NCBI RefSeq assembly: GCF_018350175.1
Contig: NC_058368.1
Coordinates: 38,876,001 to 38,940,000 of the forward strand
Length of the DNA: 64,000 nt
Origin: Felis catus
Lineage: Eukaryota
Direction of reading: 5' to 3'
The notes under the pieces were generated by a model, which did not search any database, was not told the DNA's origin, and was given only the letters and a program-made list of their open reading frames with translations. Below, in pieces: positions 27,825 to 39,520 of this stretch. The position numbers and the translations under genes were made by a program. Position 1 is the stretch's first letter; each line of letters opens with the position of its first letter.

Positions 27825-29075
27825 TGGTTCTGGTTTTCAGTTCCACATGTAGGGAACTTGGAAATCTCCACTCTAGCCTGACAGGTGGAACGCCCAACAG
27901 ACTGAAAGTAACAACTGTCCTTTGCTCCCTAAGAGAGGGGATGACACAGAGTAAATGAAACCTCTGCCCCCCAAATTGGAAAGACACAGGTGAAAACAGT
28001 CATGGCTTACTGGAGCAGAGACTCAGGGGCAGAAACAGCTGTGGGAACCAGAGCCCAAGTTGCAAAACCTGACTTGTAACTGTAAATTGCCGGAGGCTCA
28101 GTGCAGACCACTCCAGACCTATTCTTTGAAGGCCACCATGATATTGTGATACTTACCTCCAGGAACTGGACCATGTTCCCACAGTAAATATCAGAGAGAA
28201 ATCCACTCATGCTTCTGGCAAGAGGGAGAGGAAAAGGAACCATTTAGAAATATGCCAGAACGTTCTGTTCTTTTTTAACAAGAAGCCTAACCTGTAGGGG
28301 TATTATCTGAGCCTGGTAATGGGAAATACCCGACTCCAGCCCACAATAGCTATCCTGTCCCAACTAAAGGAAGAGAAAAAAACTGAGAAATAATTGTGAA
28401 GCTCACAGTCCAGAGGCCTATACTCACTAAAAAACTAAGACCTAGGGGCACCTTGGTGGCCCAGTCGGTTAAGCATCTGACCTTAGCTCAGGTCATGATC
28501 TCAGAGTCCATGGGTTCGAGCCCGTGTTGGGCTCTGTGCTGACAGCTCAGAGCCTGGAGCCTGCTTCGGATTCTGTCTCCCTCTCTCTCTCTCTCTCTCT
28601 GCCCCTCCCCCACTCACACTCTGTCTTTCTCAAAAGATAAACATTAAATTTTTTTAATTAAAAAAAATAAAAAAAACAACAACTAAGACCTAATAAGACC
28701 ATAGAATGCTTCCCCTCTTCCCACACATTACCACCACATTACTAAAGGCTTATTTACAGCAGTTTTATTTACCTGGTACTATGTGTCTGGCTCTCAAGAA
28801 AATATTAAGTCATACTGAAAGAAAAAAAAATACAATGTGGACAGGGAAAGCATCAGAACCAGACGTGACAGGAGTGTTGGAATTATCTGAGCAGGAATTT
28901 AAAACAACTATTGTTAATATTCCAAGGACTCTACTGGATAAAGTAGACAGCAGGCAAGAACAGATTGGCAGTGTAAGCAGAGAGATGGAAATCCTAGGAA
29001 AGAACTAAAAAAAAAAAAAAAAAATGCTAGAGATAAAAAACACAAAGAAATTAAGGATGTCTTTGGTAGTCTAAG
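27825..29075 (+). mobile_element. L1MC-type 5' UTR and ORF1 start, SINE-interrupted
   Basis: ttcagttccacatgtagggaacttggaaatctccactc 5' end; ORF 28706 contains ORF1-like LELSEQEFKTTIVN..LLDKVDSRQEQIGSVSREMEIL. Confidence 0.8.
28445..28680 (+). mobile_element. Can-SINE
   Basis: TSD aactaagaccta on both sides. Confidence 0.96.
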
Positions 29076-29238
29076 TGATTTAAAAGATTAAAGCAAATTT
29101 ACTGATTCCTTATACATCTGAGTTGAATAAGGAGATTATTTATATTTAAGCAAGGTAAATAATATTGTTAGAAACCATGGAGCTTTCTCACGTCTTCTAC
29201 AATCAACCGTCCACATCCACCAATGTGACCATCCACAT

Positions 29239-29257
29239 TGGTCAGTAGGTGGCAGAA
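29239..29257 (+). promoter_or_regulatory. CTCF-like core motif
   Basis: TGGTCAGTAGGTGGCAGAA versus consensus TGGCCASYAGRKGGCRSY; motif match only. Confidence 0.5.
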
Positions 29258-29899
29258 TCCTGCAGCTGGTCTGATATCCTACTGTACATACAGAAAAATG
29301 GTCTGCCTGAATTGTAGTAGCAATATCTGCATCAGGGTTCTGCTTCCAGTTTTGAGACAATGGTATATTTTGTAGTGCAGAGTTACTAAACTGGCCCAGG
29401 TTTGATCTCATGATCTAGCTTCCCAGCAACCCATGTCTTGTGAAGTAGAATAGATTATTTCCCAATTGCAAAAGGATTCTTGTTTTGTTTGTTTGTTTTT
29501 TTAAGGCTTTAATTTAGGGGAAGCTTGGTAACTAAACTTTTAGATTATTGTAGAATCTGTATTTCCCTCTCTGTTTTAGTTAAGATCTTCCATACCTTCT
29601 CCAAAAAGAAGCACCACATTCTATTCACTTTATTGATTGCATGTTAAGCACATTGAAAGGAAAACAGTTGTGTAATGGGAACTGAGAGTAAAGATTTTGT
29701 CCATACTTGGGCCAGAGCTGACAACAATAGGAATAATAAGTATCATAACAAATTCTTAGTGAATGTGATCTCTAATGGGACTATTAGTTCTGGTGTTTTC
29801 CTGCTTTTTTTTAAGTATACAAAGATGAGCAGTGTTTGGAAAAATAAAATACAGAAACCTAGTCATGAAACATTGACATGGAGTGTTCACTTGAACACT

Positions 29900-30106
29900 C
29901 CAACTCGCCAATGGTCCAACTTGCCAATGATGTTGTTTTGAAACTGAAAATCATATATATTTTAAGAGTTATTTATGTATATTTCTACTTATAGAAATAT
30001 TTCCAACTCGGCAATGATGTTGTTTCATCCAACTCGCCAATGATGTTGTTTTGAAACTGAAAATCATACATATTTTAAGAGTTATTTATGTATATTTCTA
30101 CTTATA
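29900..30106. repeat. complex local duplication (two ~78-bp copies plus short partial copies)
   Basis: tccaact(t/c)gccaatgatgttgttttgaaactgaaaatcata(t/c)atattttaagagttatttatgtatatttctacttata at 29916 and 30028. Confidence 0.95.
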
Positions 30107-31239
30107 ATCTAATTATATTTCAATTAAGCAAACTTAGTATTTCTTCCCACTTCTTCACAAATTCATCTCTTTTGGCACTAAATAGTTACACTGACTTAAA
30201 TCCAAAGTTACAGGAAGAGCTTATATTCTTACCATGAAACTAGAACAATCATCTGTGCCTCTAGGTTGCTTGAGGCAGATGTCATTCTGACCGACTTAAA
30301 AGAGATAATGACCTTCTGGGACCTTGACATTAATCATACAACCTGAATGAAATAGGCCTCTTTGGAAAACTCTGTATTTGTCCAATATTGGAAAATAACC
30401 TTCTTGTAAGAAAGTTAAAGCCCAGATCCCCAAAAGACTTGGCCTCCTCACTTCTTTGAGGAAATAGAGTGCAAAGTGGGGGCAGATAAAATGCTACCTT
30501 TGTTGTTTATAAAATTCTCTGAAGTTTGGAAAGCACTTCTTGAGCTCCAAAAGAATTTCTTAAAAATCAGATAGAGGATAGCTGAAAACATTCACTAACT
30601 TTTGGGGAGAATTCACGAAAAAAAAAGACTTAAAATAATATATTAAAACATGACTAAAATTATAGTAATAATTTTTTTCTTTGTAAAACTAAAATAGGAA
30701 GTATTTTAATTGAAATTGATTATAATTACCATATTGGAGATGTAGAATGGAAACTTTCTGCTACAGTTTTTAATATTACATGACTATGGTTTATTAAGTA
30801 TATTAGTGAAAACAATTTCTCTGATATTTTTCCTTTTAGGACATTTTCATAGTAAAAAACTGCTTTCCCTTTGTATATAGTCAGTACTTTGTTTAAGCTA
30901 GTTTAAAATTGTATTCATTATTATTATTTTAGAAACCATGCAAGTTAATCTCTGGCCAAACATGCTATCTAAATACTTTAACTCAAAATATGCCTTCCAC
31001 CTGGAATATTTTTTCATCAGATATGTGTCTTTAACAATAATTGCTGTCATCCAATGGCAAGCTTCTCACTAAGAATCCTTTGATTAACTGCCCACAGCAA
31101 AACAAATTCTTCTTCCCCTGAAAGCATGTCTATACTTTTACACACAGCACTTCTGTACATTTTTATTTACACACTTTATTTTACTATTTAAAGACAACAT
31201 CATATTCACATTTACATTATCTATGTGAGCTAGCAGAAA

Positions 31240-31450
31240 AAAACAGTGTGGTATAAAGGAAAGAAGGTGTGTTTTGTTTTGTTTTGTTTTGCATACAGAT
31301 TCTTCCTGCTTATTATGTATCATTAAGGTAATTATTTACTCTCTCTGAATTTTGTCTGTCTTATTAATAAATTGGTGATATTAATGCCTGTCTCAGAGCA
31401 TGCCTTTGACGATTAAATACAATAGCATACCTTTCACATAAAGTCAGTCT
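31240..31450 (+). mobile_element. MIR SINE (degraded)
   Basis: taaggtaattatttactctctctgaattttgtctgtcttattaataaattggtgatattaatgcctgtctcagag. Confidence 0.6.
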
Positions 31451-32369
31451 TTGAATATTTATTCCTTCCCCATATTTATTACATACTTATTGAATGAGTG
31501 GTGGATAAAATTATTATAAATGTATTGCATATCACTGGTTTTTGAGATGGTAGGGGTTTTTGAGCTTGTTATGGGGAAAGATGTTTGGAATTTCTAGGAT
31601 TTACCAAAAATGTGGGACAGAAAGATGATTTTCACTGTAAATTGGAGATTACAGTATAAGGGTGGCAATTGTTTTCTGTCTTCTCTGAAAATATGATGAC
31701 AGTATGGATTAACTAATTTCTTTAATGTCACTAAAAATATAAATTAGGATAATTTCAAAAATAAGTTATAGATGAAAAGACTTTTGGCAATTCAGTTTTG
31801 TTTTTTTTTAATATCAATCCCTTCACACCATCAGTGGGATTTGTCAGTCACATTTTCCTCTCCTCTCCTACTGAATGTACTGATATTTAATCCAAGGAAA
31901 TCTATTAAGATTATTTCCAGGGAATCTCAATTTTAAACAAGCAAAAGTTCTAGTTATTCTTTTTCACACAAGGATTCAGAAAATCATGTCCACAGAGTCT
32001 ATAAACTTTCAATTCCTTTTCTGGATTATTTCCTTCCCACAATATTTCTTTGATTTTGAGAATCACCCCATATTATTTCTTATTATTTAACTTTTTAGCT
32101 TTAATTTAACTTGATTTTATGCCTGTTTTTATAATCAAAGAATCCTAAACAAGTAATAATATAGCTTTACAATCAATTATCAACTTTAAAAAGCAATGAG
32201 CAATTTCCATTCTTATTTCCAGTGGATATCTCCTTGTCTATTAATAAGCAGGTTCAATTCTTATACTTGAGAAATTAGCCTTCTTATATAATGGCACCCA
32301 CCCATAATACAATCATATATAGCTTTTATTTCTGCTTATGTTGAAAAATATATTTAAAATACAGTTTTA

Positions 32370-32600
32370 GGGGTTCCAGGGTGGCTCAGTCAGTTGAATG
32401 ACCAACTCTTTGATTCCAGCTCAGGCCATGATCCCAGGGTCTTGGGATCGAGCCCTGCGTCAGGTTTCACACTGAGTGTGGAGGCTCCGTAAGATTCTCT
32501 TTCTCTCTACCTTTCTATAACATAATATAACACTTTCTATAACATAATATAACATAGCATAACATAACATAGCATAACATAAAATAATAAAAAGTAAAAT
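32370..32600 (+). mobile_element. older Can-SINE with (AACAT/AGCAT)n tail
   Basis: ggggttccagggtggctcagtcagttgaatg...gatcccagggtcttgggatcgagccc. Confidence 0.9.
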
Positions 32601-32879
32601 ATTTAAATGTACTGCCTTAATAAGATACATCTATCCAAAAAGTCCAAAATTATTCATTACTTTAAAAATTAGTCAGATGTAATTTAACAATATATTGTCC
32701 TATATCATATATTTTACTTATGAAAGCTTATGAAATTCTCTCAAATTTGAATATGATATGTAACTCTAATGGTGGTGCATGAGCTAATAGAATCATTTTA
32801 ATCTGTTAAACTGAAATTTGAATTATTTTTTTCTTAAAAGCTAGTATGCAAGAACATACATAATGTTGTATCTTCAAAG

Positions 32880-33090
32880 GCAAGTATTAGCAAACTTTTG
32901 TTGTAAAAGGCCAAATATTTCAAGCTATATAAATAGTTTTAACCAATATTAAATATTTTGGGTTTGGGAGCCAGAAGGTCTCTGGTGCAACTACCTACTC
33001 AGCTTCGCCATAATCAAATGTGCAGTGGTATGATTAAGTTACCCTTTAGTTATAAAAAGGCTATAGGCCCAATTTGGTACCAACCTGTTT
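32880..33090. mobile_element. MER58-like hAT fragment
   Basis: agcaaacttttgttgtaaaaggcca...aaatattttgggtttg...ggtctctggtgcaactac..actcagc. Confidence 0.6.
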
Positions 33091-33269
33091 TGGAAAACTC
33101 TGTCATTCATTACCTTTGCTTGTGACTGAGTCAACATAGTTTTCTCATTTTTAAACCCATGGAAATAGTAATTATTTCAAAAGTTTTACAGAGTAGTGAA
33201 TGTTTAGATTTAATTAATATAATTCTGGTAATACTGAAAACTGATATTTTCGTGTTTTTCAGTATATCA

Positions 33270-33680
33270 TAGCAAGAGGCACAATATATTGGTTTGCACA
33301 GTATTGGTGATATTAGCTTTGATCACTTGGTTAAGGATATGTCCCTGAGGTTCCTCCACTCTAATGGGAAGTATTTATCCTTTATGAATTAAAAAAAAAA
33401 TTTTTTTGGTAAGAGCCAACTGAGACTATATAAATACTCTGCATCTTATCAGATTTTTACACATTAATTTTAAAATCAATTTTTAAATCATTCCATAATT
33501 TGTTTTTACTGTCATTTTACTGTGAGAACTTTCACTGTTCATTGGTTTATATATTTGTGTCTTTATATTCAAACAGGATTTTTATTTCTTATTCAATGTA
33601 TTATAATTAATTACTATCACATTTATTTTCATGCTCAAATTGTTCCAGATTTTGCCAATAGGAAACCACTTCACTTAAGT
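33270..33680 (-). mobile_element. L1MC-type 3' UTR fragment
   Basis: ggtgatattagctttgatcacttggttaagg...tgagactatataaatac...tgctcaaattgttccagattttgcca. Confidence 0.7.
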
Positions 33681-34164
33681 TGTTGAACTTAAACAACTGG
33701 CCTAAAGCTTTTCACAATAATCCTTTGTCATCGTTCTGATCCTTACTGCAAGGAGTTTGAAATTTTACCTACTTGAAGACTAATAAGTTAGGCTGATGTG
33801 GGGACCAGTCCCTGGATAAGAGACAAAGACAGTTTGTTACTGAAAAAATAAATAAATAAACGTAAACCTCTAGGAGAAATATCTAATGTCAGCCCAGTCC
33901 TCAAGGATGCTGAAATAAGGGCCAGAGGTAACCTGCACTTGTAGTGGGTGCACCAGAGAAGAAAAATGCGAAGATGTGGAGTCTGAATTTACATGGAGCT
34001 TCTCGCACATCTGTTTGTCCTCCTCTCCAGGGCAAGAGTTTAGACGTTATCCTAGAATGTGAGCAAGTGTCTCCAGGTAGAAGAAGAATTCTTTCTTTTT
34101 ACTATTGCAGGACATCTTTAAAGAGGTACACCTCTAAATATCTTTGGAGGGATACACTATTTCT

Positions 34165-34189
34165 TTTTCTTAATATATTTTTTAATGTT

Positions 34190-34232
<43 letters not shown>

Positions 34233-34395
34233 AAGTAGAGGAAAGGCAGACAGAGAGGGAGAGAGAGAATCCCAAGCAGGCTCTGAACTGTCAGCACAAA
34301 GCCCAATGTGGGGCTCAAACTCATGAACCATGAGATCATGACCTGAGCCGAAATCTAGAGTCGGACACTTAACCGACTGAGCCACCCAGGTACCC
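34165..34395 (-). mobile_element. Can-SINE with expanded (GA)n
   Basis: TSD-like ata(c/t)actatttct at 34152 and 34400. Confidence 0.95.
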
Positions 34396-34499
34396 TAGTA
34401 TATACTATTTCTAATGTTCAGGTCTATTTGCTTATTCAAACATGGGCTTTGCCCAAGTCTAGGGTGTGCAAGAAATATATTCAGAACTGTCTCCTAAAC

Positions 34500-35900
34500 G
34501 TTATCATTCTAAAGTTCATAGGATTTGTAGTAAGAAATCCTCTTACATTTTTGATATTGATGGTAGTATTTTCTCTCTTTTTTCCTTTATAATTTTCTCT
34601 GGGATTTATTTATATTTGTTAAGTTCATAAAAGCAACAACATTGGTGTATTTTAATCTTTTTCTCCTATGGCTTGTCTATTTTCTATTTTGGTGCTTTCT
34701 ACTCTTATTTGCATTTCTTTCTTCATTCTACACACTTTGATAGTAACTTGCTCACACATTTTTTTTTAAGTCTGTAAACTGCAAACATAGATAGTTACTT
34801 TAAACTTTTCATTTATCCTAAAATAAACATTTAGAGCTGTAAATGTTAATATAAGCACTGGCTTAATTGCATCTCACAAATTTTCATGTGTTGTATTTTC
34901 ATTACCATATGTTTCTAACTAGCTTGTTTCCTTTTTTTATTTCCTCTGGGATCCATTAATTATTTTAAAGTGTATTACCTAATTTCCAAATATTGTAAAC
35001 TTCTAAGATACATTATTGATTTGTGATTTACAGTTTTTTTCCCCCCAAAGAATATATTCTGCAAGATTTAAATTCTGGAAAAAAATAATATAATTTATTT
35101 AAAGGGTAACGTGTAGCCTACCATAGTGAATGTTCCATGAACACTTGAAAAAATTAATTCTTCAGTATTGAGTATTATTCTGTAAATGTAAATTAATCAT
35201 TAGTGTTCAGATTTCTATATGATGATTTTTTGGATAGATATTTGTGGCACTTTTTGGTAAAGAGTTGTTAATATCTTCAATGCTGTAGGTTGGCTTATTT
35301 CCTACTTAGGTTTTCTTGCTTTTCTTTATTAATTGTTCTCATTAGATGTGTATGCATTAAGAATCATTTTGACTTCCTGGCAAGTTCACAGTTTTATAAT
35401 TAAGAAATTATGCCCATCCTTATTTCAGGTAATGCCTTTTGTATCTTCAATTTTAATATTTCTGACTTTAATATAACCAAATTATCTTTCTTATTCTCAA
35501 TGTTTTCATAGTATTTTCTCATTTTATCATTCTTTAGCCTTAAATCTATCAGTATTTTTATATTTACATTGCATTTCATGGAGGAAGAGTATAAGTGGTT
35601 CTTAATATTATGTGTCTAGAATGACAATTCCTGGTTTTAAGTTGAAGTAGTTAATTCATTTACATTCAAATTAACTGTCAATATTGTTAAATTTTTATGC
35701 TACCATTTTGTTATTTTTCCCAATTGGTTCCCAACTTAATTTTGCTATTGGCTTTTAGATCATCTTCTTTAGGTTAAAATATGTACCCTTAACATGCCAA
35801 ATTCTGATGGGAATTATTATTTTACCACTTTATGAAAATATAAATATTTCAGAAACATATAGTTCTATTACAACTTGCTATTTTTATTTGCTAGTTTTGT
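34500..35900 (-). mobile_element. old L1M ORF2/ORF1 region
   Basis: gcatctcacaaattttcatgtgttgtattttcatt and gtgaatgttccatgaacacttgaaaa are antisense EN-domain motifs. Confidence 0.75.
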
Positions 35901-35924
35901 TTTGATTTAAACAATCATATTTCA

Positions 35925-36403
35925 TTAAAAGTTTTCTATTGCTGCTGTAACGAATTGCCATAAACTTAATTTGGGGGATTAAAAAGCCTACAAATTTATC
36001 ATTTTACACTTCTGTAGGTTAGATGTTTGGACATAGATCTCACTGGACTAAAATTAAAGAGTGGTAGAGCTGTGTTACTTTTGGGCGCCTCTAGGGAAGA
36101 ATCTCTTTGTTTAACCATTAGATGCTGCCCATATTCTTTGGTTCTTGGTTCCCTTTTTCTGTTTTCAAAGTCAGCAACTTTGCATCTCTCTGTACCTCCC
36201 TTCCATAGTCACAATTCGCTCCAAGTTGAAGCCCCCATGTGATTAAATTAGGCACATTTTGGTAATCCAGGATAATCCTCTCCTCTCAGGTCCTTAACTT
36301 AATTACATCTGCAAAGACCTTTTGTCATGTAAGGTAACAAATTTATAGATATCTGAGATTAAGACAGGAACATTTTTGGGAGATTATTATCCTGTTTACC
36401 ATA
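35925..36403 (-). mobile_element. MaLR solo LTR, MLT1D-like
   Basis: Minus strand reads ...gttaccttacatgacaaaaggtctttgcagatgtaattaagttaagga...ggattatcctggatta; ends ...gttacagcagcaatagaaa. Confidence 0.85.
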
Positions 36404-36805
36404 AAAGGAAAAAGCAAGTTACTCTGTTCATGGAAATAGAGTTAGGAAAGCAATAAAGACATAGAGAAAATGGTTATGACAAAATTCATGTGGGAGCGTA
36501 AGGAGAGGTTTTCCTAGACAATGGTATCCTTTGAGTAACCTAGGGAAATACACTAATTCTTGAACTAGGAGGTCATTTAATTGCCATTTGTTTTATCGAA
36601 TGTTGTTAGGTTTTACATATATGTTTTATCTGTTTTTATATTATAAATAATAAATAATAGAATATATGAGGTTACAAATTGAGACAGGGAAACTAATTTA
36701 GAGACTTTGCTTTTACTTACAGTAAGATGGGGTGGTCTGAACTATGTTTGTGACAGTGCAGAGGGAAAGATGGAAAGGATTAGTGAGATGTTAAAAGTAT
36801 AAATA

Positions 36806-37014
36806 GGGGCACCTGGGTGGTTCAGTGGGTTAAGTGACTGACTTCGGCTCAGGTCATGATCTCATGGTTCATGAGTTTGAACCCCATGTCAGGCTCTGTG
36901 CTGACAGCTCAGAGCCCGGAGCCTACTTCAGATTCTGTGTCTCCCTCTTTCTCACTCCCCCTCACGCTCACTCTCTCTCTCTCTCTCTCCCTCAAATAAT
37001 AATTTAAAAAAATT
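36806..37014 (+). mobile_element. Can-SINE
   Basis: TSD aaagtataaatag at 36794 and 37015. Confidence 0.96.
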
Positions 37015-37591
37015 AAAGTATAAATAGAAGATTTTAATAGTCAGTAGAGTTGGAATTTTTTTATTTTTCCCTTCCTCTTCTCAGAAATTTATTTTACCCT
37101 TCTTTTTGGTCATTCGTACAACCATTGATTATATAACCTTTTTAAGAGACATCAAATGACACTACTAAGCTATGTATGAGAGGATGAAGTATTAAGCCAG
37201 ACTCAGTGTGTCTGCATTTGTTGAACTTTCTTGAGCATATACTTTCCATAAGATATCCCCTCAGTTTAATAGCTTAACTATGTTAGATGATGTTTCTTAT
37301 TATATTTTCTTTTAATAAATATCACCTTCCTACATATTTGACTATAATAATCAGATAATACAAAAAGCTCTGAGGCCAAATAAAACCTGATGCAGTTTAA
37401 AGTAGTCCAAAACAAACAGACATTATTGACCATAAATTTTGAGTATCATATGTTTAAACATTTTAAAGAATTTTAGCTAATCATGCACATATTTTCTAAA
37501 AGCAATAACCTTTTTCAATCAATAGATTTCTGCATTTTTGTTAATTTAGTTAAAGTTATATAACAGCAATTTTTTCTGTAGTTCAATTTTT

Positions 37592-37811
37592 TTTAATTTT
37601 TTTTTCAACTTTTTTTATTCATTTTTGGGACAGAGAGAAACAGAGCATGAACGGGGTAGGGGCAGAGAGAGAGGGAGACACAGCATCGGAAACAGGCTCC
37701 AGGCTCCGAGCCATCAGCCCAGAGCCTGACGTGGGGCTCGAACTCAGGGACCGCGAGATCGTGACCTGGCTGAAGTCGGACGCTTAACCGACTGCGCCAC
37801 CCAGGCGCCCC
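37592..37811 (-). mobile_element. SINEC_Fc, young subfamily
   Basis: TSD ctgtagttcaattttt at 37576 and 37811; CpG-rich. Confidence 0.97.
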
Positions 37812-39135
37812 TGTAGTTCAATTTTTAAACAAACCCAAGTGTTACATGTTTTCATCTTATCGATATCCATAAATCTGCAATACAAAAAAGAGAAAATATT
37901 GTATTTGACTAGAAGACAGGTGAACAACAGTACAAAAAATAATATCAAACAGGGGTTGAGAATAATGATCCTAATGTTAGCCAAGCTCTTCATCTCTTCC
38001 ATAATTCTAAATCATAAAACCTGGAAATATATTACTATATGCTAAGATTTGTTGTGAGGTCAGGTGAGAAAAAAAAAGGTCTTTTAAAACAAATCAATTG
38101 GATGAAAGGGTTAAATAACCTAGTCATGACTGGTAGTGAACAGTGGGTTGTAAATGGGAAAAATTATTTTTAAAAGAATAGTTCATATTTTTTCTTCAAA
38201 AAATACAACATATATATTTATTTAATAGTTAAATATTCTCAAATATTTATATAAATATTCAATAAATAATACTCATTTAAAACCTAGTCAAATCAGTTTG
38301 AAGTCAGTTAAACCAGTTTTGATATGACTGGTTTGTACTTTCTTTATGGACTATATTGATTAACTATAAATATTTTTTTTTCTTTTGTAGCTTTTAGTGT
38401 TCAATAGGCTTATTAGGAACTAGAATGGCAAAGATTTTCCATTATAATGCAAACTCCTTTAGTGTTATAGCCCAAATGTTTAGAGATAGTCCCTTGCAAA
38501 TATTTGCTAGGGGAAGGAAAAGAAGAAAGGAGAAAGACAAGAGAAGGGAAGAGAGGAGAAAGAAAAGAGGAAAGAGAAGGAATTCGATTCTGATCCCAGC
38601 TATAAAGAGAGTGATAAATAATAAGCAAAGATGATCATAAGGGCAAAAAAAAAAAAGGGGGAATGATGGCACACATTTGATAAAGTGCATGTGTTGTTTC
38701 TAAACTAATTTTAAACCGATGTCACATAAATCAGATGCGTGCAGGTTACATGAATATACGCTCAGTCTGGGCTTAACAAACTAATGAGTGGTGCTACCCA
38801 CAGCAAACACGGAAATTGTTTGCTCTTTCTTCCTTTCTTCCTTCCTTCCTTTCTTTCGTTTTTTTTTTCAAATGGTGCCTGAATAAAATGACCATTTGGA
38901 CTGAATTTGGCCCTTACAATGCTTTACCACCTCTTTGAGAAGGAAAGAACTTAAAAATTTTTATCCTCCCTGTGCTTAGGAGGAATTTTGTCATCAATAT
39001 TTGTGGACAAGAGACAGAAAGAAAGAAAACTTATTCACACTTGAGGCTAGTAATCCATGATATCAAGTCACTCAAACTAGTATCTACTTTGTATGAGAAA
39101 TAAACCATTTCCTGGACCTGATTTGAAACTGTCCA

Positions 39136-39329
39136 GGGGCTCCTACCTGGCTCAGTTGGTTGAGTGTCGGACACTTGATTTCAGCTCAGTAATTATCTCA
39201 CGGTGCATGAGTTGAAGCTCCACATCGGAGCTCTGTGCTGACAGCATGCAGCCTGCTTGAGATTCTTGCTCTCTCCCTCTCTCTGCCCTTGCCCTGCTTG
39301 TGCTCTCTCTCAAAAATAAATAAACATAA
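39136..39329 (+). mobile_element. Can-SINE (host of the following nested SINE)
   Basis: ggggctcctacctggctcagttggttgagtg head; tail resumes after 39520. Confidence 0.92.
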
Positions 39330-39520
39330 GGGGTGCCTGGGTGGCTCAGTCAGTTAAGCGTCCGACTTCGGTTCAGGTCATGATCTCGTGGTTTGTGAAT
39401 TCCAGTCCCGAGTCAGGCTCTGGAGCTTGGAGCCTGCTTCAGATTGTGTCTTCCTCTCTCTCTGCCCCTCCCCTGTTCTCTCTCTCTCTCTCAAGAATAA
39501 ATAAACATTAAAAAAATTAT
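39330..39520 (+). mobile_element. Can-SINE inserted in the tail of the previous SINE
   Basis: ggggtgcctgggtggctcagtcagttaagcgtccg flanked by aaataaataaaca. Confidence 0.93.

Noticed and set aside
29900..30106. Repeated ccaactcgccaatg units next to a palindrome as a CRISPR-like array
   Set aside because: Mammalian context, irregular spacing, duplicated rather than unique spacers, no cas genes
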